IMG/VR virus record: IMGVR_UViG_3300024581_002302
Span: 22,131 to 86,130 of that record
Length of the DNA stretch: 64,000 nt
From: a virus
Reading direction: 5' to 3' (one strand)
The notes under the pieces were generated by a model, which saw only the letters and a program-made list of their open reading frames with translations, ran no database searches and was not told where the DNA came from. The position numbers were made by a program, and so were the translations under genes. The stretch's first letter is position 1. Every line of letters starts with the position of its first letter. Below, in pieces: positions 8,937 to 16,800 of the stretch.

Positions 8937-11471
8937 ATGTCGACAGGGGCGAACCTCGAAAACACGTCTCTCAGTTGGCTCGACAAGGTCGACAGCCTGG
9001 GCAACGGCACGGTGAAGGCCCAGAACGCGATCCTGGCCACCAGCGTCGAGCAGATGCTGGGCGACCTGCGCGGCGTGTACCAGAAGATCGTCAAGAGCGA
9101 CGGCAAGTTCGGCAACTACGAAGCCAAGAACCTGCAGAACAGGGTCGAGAAGACGGTCGACCTGTTGCCACCTGCTGCTCGCAAGAAGCTGAGCGAGGTG
9201 TACGAGCGCGACCTGGCCGCGGCCCAGCAGATGGGCAGAGAGGCAGGGGTTGATCTCGACAAGTCACTGAACAACCGCAGCGAAGCGCAGAAGGCGAACG
9301 CTGCACCGAACGTCCCAGGGCAGAGAGCAGCAGGCCGTCGCCTGGCCCTGTTCTGGGACCAGGAGAACAGCAAGCTGACCGACCGGGTGCGTGCACTGAC
9401 GCAACAGGCAGCCCTGCAGGGCAAGTCCTGGCGATCCCTGTCCCTGCAGATCCGTGAGCTGCTGGTCCAGGAGCAGGCGCAGGGCACAGAGAGCGACCGC
9501 TCGAAGCGCGTCAACAAGCGCTACGGCATCAACGGCAGGGCCGAGCTGATCGCACGGACCGAGATGGCCAGCGCCTTCGTGCAGGGCAAGATCGACGAGA
9601 TGCGCCGTATGGGCTACACGTACGCGCGCTGGAGTGCTGCAGCTGAGCGCACCTGCGGGTACTGCATGTCCCGCGATGGCCTGGTGTATCCGATCGAGGA
9701 AGTGGAGGGGAGCATCCCTGCCCACCCACGCTGCCGCTGCTCGTTGATCCCTGTCGATGTCCCCAAGGACATGCAGAAGAAGGGGCCGAACGGTGAGAGC
9801 GCCGCAGCAGACCTCGACGACGCCTACTGGGCCAAGAGCCGCAACGACAAGCTGAACGAGTGGAAGCGCGAGCAGAACCTCGGCAAGAACGGCCAGCCGA
9901 AGCGGCCCGAGCTGTTGAAGAGCAACAGCGAACTCGACAAGGCGCTGCGGAACTACGCGCGCACACCAACGAACACGCAGAACTACCTGAGGCCGGGCCA
10001 ACCTGCTCCGCCGCCGTTCTGGGCGCCATCGGGGGAGATCATCCCGAACATGGGCGCCGCGGCCAAGAACGCCGAGGAGGCAGCCCGCAAGGACGAGGCC
10101 CTGGAGAAGGAGGCAGCCGATGCAATGAAGGCTGCAGAGAAGGAAGCCGAACGGGTCGCGCGTCAGAACAAGAAGGACGCGGAGATGGAGCAGAAGAGGG
10201 CGGACGAACTCGCCAAGAAGCAGCAGAAGAAGGCCGACGAGGCTCGCAAGCGCACAGAGAACGATCCCGACTTCAAGGCGGCGAAGCAGTGGGACCCGAA
10301 CATGACCCGGGAGCAGTTCGACGCACTGTCTCCAACGATGCGCGATGCCATCGTCAAGAAGGGCAGGGCACAGGACAAGGCTCCGAAGTGGGCCGTCGAT
10401 GGAGGTGTTGAGAACCTCTGGAAGCTGAGCACCCCAGCAGAGCGGGCTGTCCTGGAGCAGAGCGTCAAGCAGGCCGCAGCAGAGCGAGCTGAGCTGCAGA
10501 GGACGATCGCCAAGGCGAAGCAAGGTCAGGGGCTCACCACCAGCGACAAGTTCAAGATCCAGGAGCACTTCATCTCGAGCGGTGTCAGCCGGCTGAAGGC
10601 TCAGGACATGGCGGACGCGTTCGACATGCTCGGCAAGATCGGCGGCAAGGAGGCCGCGGCCAACTTCGCGAAGCTCGAGAAGTGGCTGAACAAGAACGGG
10701 ACGGTGATCCGTTTCGCGAACCCCGCCTACGACACCAAGGGCGTGCCCAGCAGGGCTACGCGCGAGAAGCTGATGAAGGAATGGGACGAGACCCGCAACG
10801 ACCCGAACTGGAAGCGGGCGATGGAGATGGGTCCGAACTCCTTCAACAAGTACGGCCAGGAACGCGACCGCAGATCAGCCGAGAAGGCGATCGAGGAGAC
10901 AGCGAAGGGCGACTACTTCGGCGCACGGTTCAACGGTGCGAACCGCAGGGCCCTGGGCTGGACGAAGCAGGGCTTCAACGCTGTGGTGATCTCAGACCAC
11001 AAGAACAGCAGGCCACTGAGCAGGCAGCGGGCCGAGGAGATGCTCGAGGTGCTCGAGCGCAACGCACGCTTCGCCATGGAGAACGGCCGGCCGAAGGAGT
11101 TCACCGGCATCTCGACTCACATCCACGAGTACAAGGGCAAGCACGGCAAGCAGGGCCAGACCGATGACACCTGGGTGTACACCGTGATGCACGAGCTGGG
11201 TCACAGCGTGCACTTCCACGGAGGCACCAGAGCCATCGATGGCACGAAGGCGGGAGCTGATGGCAGCAACGGAGGACGGCGTGTGCCGAACGATCAGAAG
11301 GGTGCAGGCAATCGCAGGGAGTTCGAGATCTCGCAATACGGGAACAGCGATCTGCAGGAGGCCTTCGCCGAGAACTTCGTTCTGTTCCTCACGAAGCCGC
11401 AGCTGTTGAAGCAGGCCAGCCCTGAGACGTACAAGTGGATCGACGACCACCTGAACCGCGGGCTCGAATAG
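8937..11471 (+). CDS. MuF (Mu gpF/SPP1 gp7-like) minor head protein with C-terminal zincin metallopeptidase
   Basis: RAELIARTE, RTCGYC, HPRCRC; C-terminal HELGH (11190) and SQYG..EAFAE. Confidence 0.85.
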   Translation: MSTGANLENTSLSWLDKVDSLGNGTVKAQNAILATSVEQMLGDLRGVYQKIVKSDGKFGNYEAKNLQNRVEKTVDLLPPAARKKLSEVYERDLAAAQQMGREAGVDLDKSLNNRSEAQKANAAPNVPGQRAAGRRLALFWDQENSKLTDRVRALTQQAALQGKSWRSLSLQIRELLVQEQAQGTESDRSKRVNKRYGINGRAELIARTEMASAFVQGKIDEMRRMGYTYARWSAAAERTCGYCMSRDGLVYPIEEVEGSIPAHPRCRCSLIPVDVPKDMQKKGPNGESAAADLDDAYWAKSRNDKLNEWKREQNLGKNGQPKRPELLKSNSELDKALRNYARTPTNTQNYLRPGQPAPPPFWAPSGEIIPNMGAAAKNAEEAARKDEALEKEAADAMKAAEKEAERVARQNKKDAEMEQKRADELAKKQQKKADEARKRTENDPDFKAAKQWDPNMTREQFDALSPTMRDAIVKKGRAQDKAPKWAVDGGVENLWKLSTPAERAVLEQSVKQAAAERAELQRTIAKAKQGQGLTTSDKFKIQEHFISSGVSRLKAQDMADAFDMLGKIGGKEAAANFAKLEKWLNKNGTVIRFANPAYDTKGVPSRATREKLMKEWDETRNDPNWKRAMEMGPNSFNKYGQERDRRSAEKAIEETAKGDYFGARFNGANRRALGWTKQGFNAVVISDHKNSRPLSRQRAEEMLEVLERNARFAMENGRPKEFTGISTHIHEYKGKHGKQGQTDDTWVYTVMHELGHSVHFHGGTRAIDGTKAGADGSNGGRRVPNDQKGAGNRREFEISQYGNSDLQEAFAENFVLFLTKPQLLKQASPETYKWIDDHLNRGLE

Positions 11472-11500
11472 GAAGCCTTGCGCAGCTCATACCCTGAAGC

Positions 11501-11671
11501 ATGAAGTCAACCGACCGCGCGCTGGAGATCATCGGCCTCGTCAGCGAGGGCCAGATGACTCCCGATGAGGCGTATGCGGAGCTGGACAAGCTGGTGGCCG
11601 CGGCCGAAGGGATGGAGAAGTTCGACATCTCGATGTCGTTCGAGGCTGTGCGCAAGTACGACGACCGCTGA
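11501..11671 (+). CDS. Small acidic protein (56 aa), candidate MuF immunity protein
   Basis: Directly downstream of MuF; GGAAGCCT 22 nt upstream. Confidence 0.6.
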   Translation: MKSTDRALEIIGLVSEGQMTPDEAYAELDKLVAAAEGMEKFDISMSFEAVRKYDDR

Positions 11672-11676
11672 GACAT

Positions 11677-11705
11677 AAAAAAGCGACCCCCGGATGAGAG
11701 TCGCC
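11677..11705 (-). terminator. Intrinsic terminator (minus strand)
   Basis: GGCGACTC..GGGGTCGC hairpin followed by TTTTTT on the minus strand. Confidence 0.75.
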
Positions 11706-11781
11706 TGAGTTTCCTTAAACCGTCACCTTCGGGTTGAACGTGTCCGAAGTGGACGGCAAAGGGTACGAGTCCCAGTGAGAC

Positions 11782-11964
11782 TCACTCGGAGAGATAAGCC
11801 TGGCCGCGGTAGGTCAGGACGACGGGATCCCGCTTAATGGGGAAGGACTTCGCGTACGCGTTCGCTACGCCGCGATAGGCCGTGGCCTGGAGATGGGCCA
11901 GCTGAGCAGCCTTGAGGGCTTGCTTGCGCTCGATGGAGCGCTTGATCAGAGCGAGAGGTGACAT
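11782..11964 (-). CDS. DUF4278-like small protein (GifB/IF17-related family)
   Basis: 60 aa with two motifs, TAYRGV..Y and LTYRGQAY. Confidence 0.8.
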   Translation of the reverse strand: MSPLALIKRSIERKQALKAAQLAHLQATAYRGVANAYAKSFPIKRDPVVLTYRGQAYLSE

Positions 11965-11982
11965 GGGGGTGTCTCCGCAGTG

Positions 11983-12040
11983 CCCGGGGCCCCGTTGCCT
12001 GCCCTGGGTCTGACTGCACCCGACAGTTGCCGGGTCAACG
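11983..12040 (-). ncRNA. Glutamine-II (Downstream-peptide) riboswitch
   Basis: CGUUG/CAACG P1, CCCGGC-AACU-GUCGGG P2, GUGCAG..ACCCAG..GGG..CCGGG pattern; ends 18 nt before the DUF4278 ATG. Confidence 0.75.
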
Positions 12041-12161
12041 TAACTCAGTGTACCGGGGCCTGTAGTGGTTGTTACAGGCTGAACAATATCCCTCGGGTGG
12101 GGGAGTTCGGAGTCGAACAGGTGCTCGTACCTTGTGCTGAAGTTGACACCACGACCACCTC

Positions 12162-12686
12162 ATGCGCATTCGATCCTTACTCGCTGCCGCCACCATCGCA
12201 GCTGCTTCTGTCCTCCCTGGTGCTGCCCTGGCCACCCCGAACAACAGCGCCTCCTCCGCAAGCCTTGGCCGAGCTGTGATCGATGCCGGCGTCACCTTCT
12301 ACACCTCGTGCCCTGAGAGCATCACCTTCGCCGGCGCCTACAGCGGACAGGAGCGAGCCTTCATCGTCTGCGCTGATGGTCGCCGCCCGTATCAGTACTC
12401 CCAGGAGGAGCAGGACACCCTGCGCCATGAAGCGATCCACCTGGCCCAGGACTGCATGGATGGCACTCTGGGCAATGGCCTGGAGACCACCCGCTACATC
12501 ACGACCGTGATGAAGCTGGTCGCCGAGTCTGGAATCAATGCCGCACAGATCGAGGAGCTGTACCGCCGCAATGGTGCAGACGATCACGTGATCCTGCTCG
12601 AGCTGGAGGCCTGGGCTGGTGCTGCGTTCTTCTCGAATGAGGAGGTCGAGGCCCTGCTCCGTAAGGCTTGCCGTCTGCCTGTATGA
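12162..12686 (+). CDS. Exported zincin-like (HExxH) protein
   Basis: Signal peptide; LRHEAIHLAQDC and a downstream ELEA. Confidence 0.7.
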   Translation: MRIRSLLAAATIAAASVLPGAALATPNNSASSASLGRAVIDAGVTFYTSCPESITFAGAYSGQERAFIVCADGRRPYQYSQEEQDTLRHEAIHLAQDCMDGTLGNGLETTRYITTVMKLVAESGINAAQIEELYRRNGADDHVILLELEAWAGAAFFSNEEVEALLRKACRLPV

Positions 12687-12706
12687 ATTAGAACAAGAAC
12701 AGCAGC

Positions 12707-12732
12707 AGGGGCCCTCCGGGGCCCTTTTTTTT
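12707..12732 (+). terminator. Intrinsic terminator
   Basis: GGGCCC-TCCG-GGGCCC followed by T8. Confidence 0.85.
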
Positions 12733-12770
12733 GTGCCCGCTGGAACCCTTGGGCGCACTACGGCAGACCG

Positions 12771-13025
12771 ATGACCAGAGAGAAAGCAGGACAGCTGGTC
12801 TCGTTATCTGATCACCTGGTGCTCAGAATTCGATTTAAGTCCGGAGCAGTCAGCGAGGAGCGTGGCTGCGACAAGCACATCGAGGAGCTGTTCGCACAGG
12901 ACGAGCAGGGCCTGATCGATTACGTGCTCGGCTACGACCCGGTGACCCAGGCCTTCGACATGTGGGTGGCCGATGGTGACCCGAACTGGACCGACGAGGA
13001 GATCGAGAGACTGTTCGGAGTGTGA
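12771..13025 (+). CDS. Hypothetical protein
   Basis: ATG 21 nt after GGAACCCT. Confidence 0.7.
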   Translation: MTREKAGQLVSLSDHLVLRIRFKSGAVSEERGCDKHIEELFAQDEQGLIDYVLGYDPVTQAFDMWVADGDPNWTDEEIERLFGV

Positions 13026-13061
13026 CAAGCACCGGTACCCTGTGCCACCTGCGATCGATCC

Positions 13062-13193
13062 ATGCTCGGTCTACTGCGCCTCCTGTTCACGAAGAAGGGC
13101 TTCACCTGCCGGGTGTTGACCCCGGGCTCCGTTTACGCCTCGAAGGTTGAGCGGCGCCAGGTCGTCGTGATCATCGACCTCGACGAGGCCTGA
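13062..13193 (+). CDS. Hypothetical peptide (43 aa)
   Basis: ATG 20 nt after GGTACCCT. Confidence 0.5.
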   Translation: MLGLLRLLFTKKGFTCRVLTPGSVYASKVERRQVVVIIDLDEA

Positions 13194-13197
13194 TCCG

Positions 13198-13539
13198 ATG
13201 CTCGAAAACGGACAGACCTTCCGCTCCCCCGGGGGCGGTTTCGTATATGAGGTGATCGGCCCGGTGTGCCGCCTGTACGACAGGGAGGAGCTGCCCTGGC
13301 CTTCGTGTTCTCTGGCATGGAAGGGCAAGCAGCCGAGCTGGAATCGCATCGGTCGCCGTTTCGTGGGCGACGTCTCCACCCTGCGCTGCCCTTCGTACAA
13401 CGTGATCGGCCGGGACCGCTACGGCGCCACCTGGGAGGCCGTGGTCACCGACTACCCGTACCGCCTCGACGCTGAGGAGCGTCGCTGGTGGAACTCGAAG
13501 ATCCCGCCCGCTGGCCACCCTTATCCGGAGCGCCCATGA
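13198..13539 (+). CDS. Hypothetical protein
   Basis: Track ORF with operon-like spacing. Confidence 0.7.
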   Translation: MLENGQTFRSPGGGFVYEVIGPVCRLYDREELPWPSCSLAWKGKQPSWNRIGRRFVGDVSTLRCPSYNVIGRDRYGATWEAVVTDYPYRLDAEERRWWNSKIPPAGHPYPERP

Positions 13540-13754
13540 TCACCTTCATGCGCAAGGCGTCCTTCTGGACGGCGATGGTCGGCTTCACGTTCTTCGTGTT
13601 CGGGGACACGTGCGCGGCCCTGGGCTTGCGGTTCATCACCGAAGCGTTGCGGCTGCCGTACTTCCACCAGGAGCGGATCAAGGACCAGGTGTACTTGTGC
13701 CTGTTCGTGATGGCTGGCTGCCTGTATGGCCTGTGGAGGTTCCGGGGGACTTGA
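13536..13754 (+). CDS. Small membrane protein
   Basis: ATGA overlap; two hydrophobic segments. Confidence 0.6.
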   Translation: MITFMRKASFWTAMVGFTFFVFGDTCAALGLRFITEALRLPYFHQERIKDQVYLCLFVMAGCLYGLWRFRGT

Positions 13755-13779
13755 CACCACGATCAGGAGGATGCACAAT
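13751..13779 (+). promoter_or_regulatory. Sigma70-type early promoter
   Basis: TTGACA-CCACGATCAGGAGGATG-CACAAT. Confidence 0.75.
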
Positions 13780-13800
13780 TAACTCAAGAGCAACAAGCAC

Positions 13801-14277
13801 ATGACCTTCACCCTCCCCGCCTCCATCCAGAACCACTTCGAGAACGCCATCCGCCAGGAGATGGTCATCACCGCCTTCAACACCTGCAACCACCTGAGCA
13901 AGACCTACGTCCGCCAGGACCTGCCCCGCCGCTTCCAGCTTCCCGTCTTCTGCTCCGGCACCTACAGCGCCGGCGCGAGCCCCGTGCTGGTGTCCATCAA
14001 CCTCCGCACCAACATCGTCGAGGAAGCCATCGAGGCCCAGCAGGCCAAGGCAGTCGCCACCCTGGAGAAGAAGATCAACCAGGGCCTCAAGGACGGAGAG
14101 ACCATCACCGACGTTGAGCTTCACGTTGACGACCAAAACATGATCGCTGGCACCGTTTCCGGCGAAGGCTTCACCCTCACGGTCAAGTCGATCTGGAACT
14201 ACCGCTACGGCGAGAACAGCGCCAACGGGATCCTCACCGTCTACGCCCAGACCCGTGTCAACCGTAAGGAGGCCTGA
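13801..14277 (+). CDS. Hypothetical early protein
   Basis: Strong C-ending codon bias; follows the promoter. Confidence 0.8.
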   Translation: MTFTLPASIQNHFENAIRQEMVITAFNTCNHLSKTYVRQDLPRRFQLPVFCSGTYSAGASPVLVSINLRTNIVEEAIEAQQAKAVATLEKKINQGLKDGETITDVELHVDDQNMIAGTVSGEGFTLTVKSIWNYRYGENSANGILTVYAQTRVNRKEA

Positions 14278-14280
14278 TCC

Positions 14281-14442
14281 ATGACCAAGCACCACCAGAC
14301 CCAGATGAAGCTCAACAGCGAGGAGGTGCTCTGCCTCCTCAATGCCCTCGAAGGGCTGCACACTGACCACCTGAGCGAGGACGAGCTGGCCACCCATGAC
14401 CGGCTGATCAAGCGCCTCGATCGTGCCTTCGGCCGCCTCTGA
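14281..14442 (+). CDS. Hypothetical protein (53 aa)
   Basis: AGGAGG-like upstream sequence (AAGGAGG); hand-translated. Confidence 0.65.
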   Translation: MTKHHQTQMKLNSEEVLCLLNALEGLHTDHLSEDELATHDRLIKRLDRAFGRL

Positions 14443-14456
14443 GCGGTCTTTTTTTT
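14431..14456 (+). terminator. Intrinsic terminator
   Basis: GGCCGC/GCGGTC stem followed by a T run. Confidence 0.65.
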
Positions 14457-14465
14457 GCCCAGGGG

Positions 14466-14494
14466 TTGACATCACGATCAGGAGGATGCACAAT
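14466..14494 (+). promoter_or_regulatory. Sigma70-type early promoter
   Basis: TTGACA-TCACGATCAGGAGGATG-CACAAT. Confidence 0.75.
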
Positions 14495-14518
14495 AGGTTC
14501 AAGACACAGGACAAGCAC

Positions 14519-14791
14519 ATGACCACCTCCTTCACCGGCATCGACTTCTTCGAGACCTTCTTCGCAGAGAAGAACCTCACCGAGGAGATCTACGAAGTCG
14601 AGAGCAAGAACGAGAGCATCTTCGGCACCACCCACCTGATCCCCACCAGCCGCGTGATCGAGCGGATCATGACCACCCGCGGCGACGAGGCCAAGCAGAT
14701 CGAAGGCATCCTTCGCCAGATCGACTTCCACAACGGAGACGTCCACCACTTCCTCCGCCACCTGGCCCAGGCGATGGCCGACCAGTTCTGA
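14519..14791 (+). CDS. Hypothetical early protein (90 aa)
   Basis: ATG after the promoter; codon bias. Confidence 0.75.
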   Translation: MTTSFTGIDFFETFFAEKNLTEEIYEVESKNESIFGTTHLIPTSRVIERIMTTRGDEAKQIEGILRQIDFHNGDVHHFLRHLAQAMADQF

Positions 14792-14797
14792 TTCACC

Positions 14798-14817
14798 GCC
14801 CCTCCGGGGGCTTTTTT
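14798..14817 (+). terminator. Intrinsic terminator
   Basis: GCCCC-TCCG-GGGGC followed by T6. Confidence 0.75.
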
Positions 14818-14821
14818 ATTG

Positions 14822-14911
14822 GCTACCCCTGCACTCTGAGAGTGCTACCCCTGCACTCTGGGAGTACGGGGGGTTGTACAGAGGGAGTGCTACCCCCCGG
14901 ACAGAGGGAGT
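14822..14911. repeat. Four 22-23 bp iteron-like units followed by an A-rich tract
   Basis: GCTACCCCTGCACTCTG at 14822 and 14844; ACAGAGGGAGT twice; all units end in GAGT. Confidence 0.7.
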
Positions 14912-15018
14912 CCATCAGTAAGAAGTTCTTTAAGAAGACTTTTAAGAAGAAGAAGAAGCCACACCATCTCTTCAAAACAACAACCGGAACAACAGAACGG
15001 CCTTCATCTGTTCTCCGC

Positions 15019-15360
15019 ATGTCCTCCGGTCTGACGGATCACCAGATCCGACTCCTGAAAGTCATCGACCACGTTCGCTGGGGTGAAGAAGAACATCTCG
15101 ACGCGTTCAAGTACCACCTGCTCCGCCGTGCGATCGGCCAGAAGGACGAGGTCCTCGAGTTCGAGCTGGAGCAAGCCGTCAACGCCTACACCGCCTACGC
15201 GACAGAGCGCGGGCTGAAGATCGGCGACCGTCTGGTGAATGCACCAGCGGAAGGCACCTCCGAGCGTTCGCCCTGGATGGGTAGCTGGGACATCACGCCC
15301 GAGCAGTACGACGCGGCAGGGACCATCGACGTGCCGATCATCGCGGGGATGAACGCATGA
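15019..15360 (+). CDS. Hypothetical protein (113 aa; frame is also open upstream through the repeats)
   Basis: Coding-like from ATG 15019. Confidence 0.65.
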   Translation: MSSGLTDHQIRLLKVIDHVRWGEEEHLDAFKYHLLRRAIGQKDEVLEFELEQAVNAYTAYATERGLKIGDRLVNAPAEGTSERSPWMGSWDITPEQYDAAGTIDVPIIAGMNA

Positions 15361-15521
15361 TCCTGTTCGCACTGATGCTGGCCGCGGCCGAACCTCAAGT
15401 TCGCACCGTCGACTGCCAGGAGATCCGCCAGGTGATGCTCGAGACCCGTGAGGTGGTCGGATTGCCGATGGACACCATCGACGCGATCTACGAACGATGC
15501 CTGCGTGATCGGCGCGGGTAG
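15357..15521 (+). CDS. Small exported protein (54 aa)
   Basis: ATGA overlap; hydrophobic N-terminus; Cys pair. Confidence 0.6.
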   Translation: MILFALMLAAAEPQVRTVDCQEIRQVMLETREVVGLPMDTIDAIYERCLRDRRG

Positions 15522-15547
15522 CCTGTAAGAGTTCGCACTGTTACACC

Positions 15548-15691
15548 ATGAACACCCGCACCGGACTCGATCGCTGCAAGCAGTTGAACAAGCAGCTCGA
15601 GATGTACCGAGCATTCAGGGATCTCGATGGCGCCCACGCAGTGCTCCGGGAGTTGCAGATCTGCTTCCCCAAGGGCTGCCCCACGACCTGA
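15548..15691 (+). CDS. Hypothetical peptide (47 aa)
   Basis: Hand-translated; ends before a terminator. Confidence 0.5.
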   Translation: MNTRTGLDRCKQLNKQLEMYRAFRDLDGAHAVLRELQICFPKGCPTT

Positions 15692-15710
15692 ACCAGATCC
15701 TCCCCTCCAC

Positions 15711-15734
15711 AAGGCCCCCAGCGGGGCCTTTTTT
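15711..15734 (+). terminator. Intrinsic terminator
   Basis: AAGGCCCC..GGGGCCTT followed by a T run. Confidence 0.75.
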
Positions 15735-15874
15735 CATGCTTGTGTGGATTCGTACTCGGACCAGGGGGAGAAGGCCTTGTAGGGGCACGCAGAGGCCTCT
15801 CCGTGGACGATAGGCCCCGATGTTCTGCTTCTGATCGCGATGGGTACCCTGTGCCATACCGTACAGGATGCGCC

Positions 15875-16009
15875 ATGCCTGAATTCAAGCCCGGCCCCTA
15901 CAAAGGCCCACAGCGCAAGCACGAAAAGCTGCGCCCTGCCTCAGAAATCAAGGCGGAGATCGAGAAGATGATCGCCGACTTCCGCAAGTCCTACAAGGGG
16001 GAGAAGTGA
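15875..16009 (+). CDS. Small basic protein (44 aa)
   Basis: ATG 24 nt after GGTACCCT. Confidence 0.6.
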   Translation: MPEFKPGPYKGPQRKHEKLRPASEIKAEIEKMIADFRKSYKGEK

Positions 16010-16146
16010 GTCGCTACGAGGCCCGGCTGCTTCAACTCCAGCTTGCAGCCGAGGAGTGCATGTCCGAGGAGGACCGCCACATGATCCTCGGAGAGGTGGC
16101 CGCCATGGAGGAAGCTCTCAGAGAACACTCAGACCGCGAGGGTTGA
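16006..16146 (+). CDS. Hypothetical peptide (46 aa)
   Basis: GTGA overlap. Confidence 0.5.
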   Translation: MSRYEARLLQLQLAAEECMSEEDRHMILGEVAAMEEALREHSDREG

Positions 16147-16171
16147 CATCACGCTCCCCTGAGGGCACACT
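16143..16171 (+). promoter_or_regulatory. Sigma70-type early promoter
   Basis: TTGACA-TCACGCTCCCCTGAGGG-CACACT. Confidence 0.65.
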
Positions 16172-16225
16172 GTGGAGAGATCGGTCGAGCGAACTGTACG
16201 GCTCCCGATCTCAAAGCTTTTCACC

Positions 16226-16549
16226 ATGACCCGCACCACTCACCCCATCGATCACGCCATCGTCGCCTTCCTGTTCCTCGTCGAGGGCGTCTGCTGGATC
16301 ATCAACGAACTCGCCGGCTTCCACGCCGAGCCTGAAGTCGAAGACCCGCGCGACACGATCGCCATCGAGGCACCTGTCCCCTTCGACGCCACCGACGACC
16401 TGCTCGACGTCACCTTCGACGGCCTGTCCCACGACTTCGAGGACTTCACCTCGTACACCGTCAAGGAGCTGCGCAAGGCCGCCAAGGGCCTCGCCAAGGG
16501 CGTGCACCTGATGCGCAAGGACGAACTGCTCACCCTGCTCGCCGTCTGA
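16226..16549 (+). CDS. Membrane-anchored protein with C-terminal Rho-N-like domain
   Basis: N-terminal hydrophobic helix; TVKELRKAAK...MRKDELL. Confidence 0.65.
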   Translation: MTRTTHPIDHAIVAFLFLVEGVCWIINELAGFHAEPEVEDPRDTIAIEAPVPFDATDDLLDVTFDGLSHDFEDFTSYTVKELRKAAKGLAKGVHLMRKDELLTLLAV

Positions 16550-16653
16550 TGGAACTCCTCCTCGTACCTGTCCTGCTCTTCGGTGGCGTGATGCTCGCCA
16601 TCGAGGGCTTCGGGAGCTGATCGGAACACTCGCGCAACCGACCTCCCCGTTCC

Positions 16654-16800
16654 ATGGAATTCGCAACCATCGCCGCCCTCGTGCTGCTCGTCGTCTCCGA
16701 GATCCTTCCCTACACACCGCTGAAGGGCAACGGCATCATCCAAGAGATCATCGAGGTGCTGCGCGGCGTCTTCCCCTACTCCTCCAAGCGCGAGGACTGA
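16654..16800 (+). CDS. Small membrane protein (48 aa)
   Basis: Hydrophobic; ATG 23 nt after GGAACACT. Confidence 0.65.
   Translation: MEFATIAALVLLVVSEILPYTPLKGNGIIQEIIEVLRGVFPYSSKRED

Noticed and set aside
12105-12125. GTTCGACTCC on the minus strand, like a tRNA T-loop
   Set aside because: No flanking T-stem or cloverleaf; it is part of the 28-bp upstream repeat
12143-12172. TTGACACCACGA resembling the early promoters (also TTGACACC at 19741)
   Set aside because: No -10 box at 17 nt, and the start codon falls inside the would-be spacer
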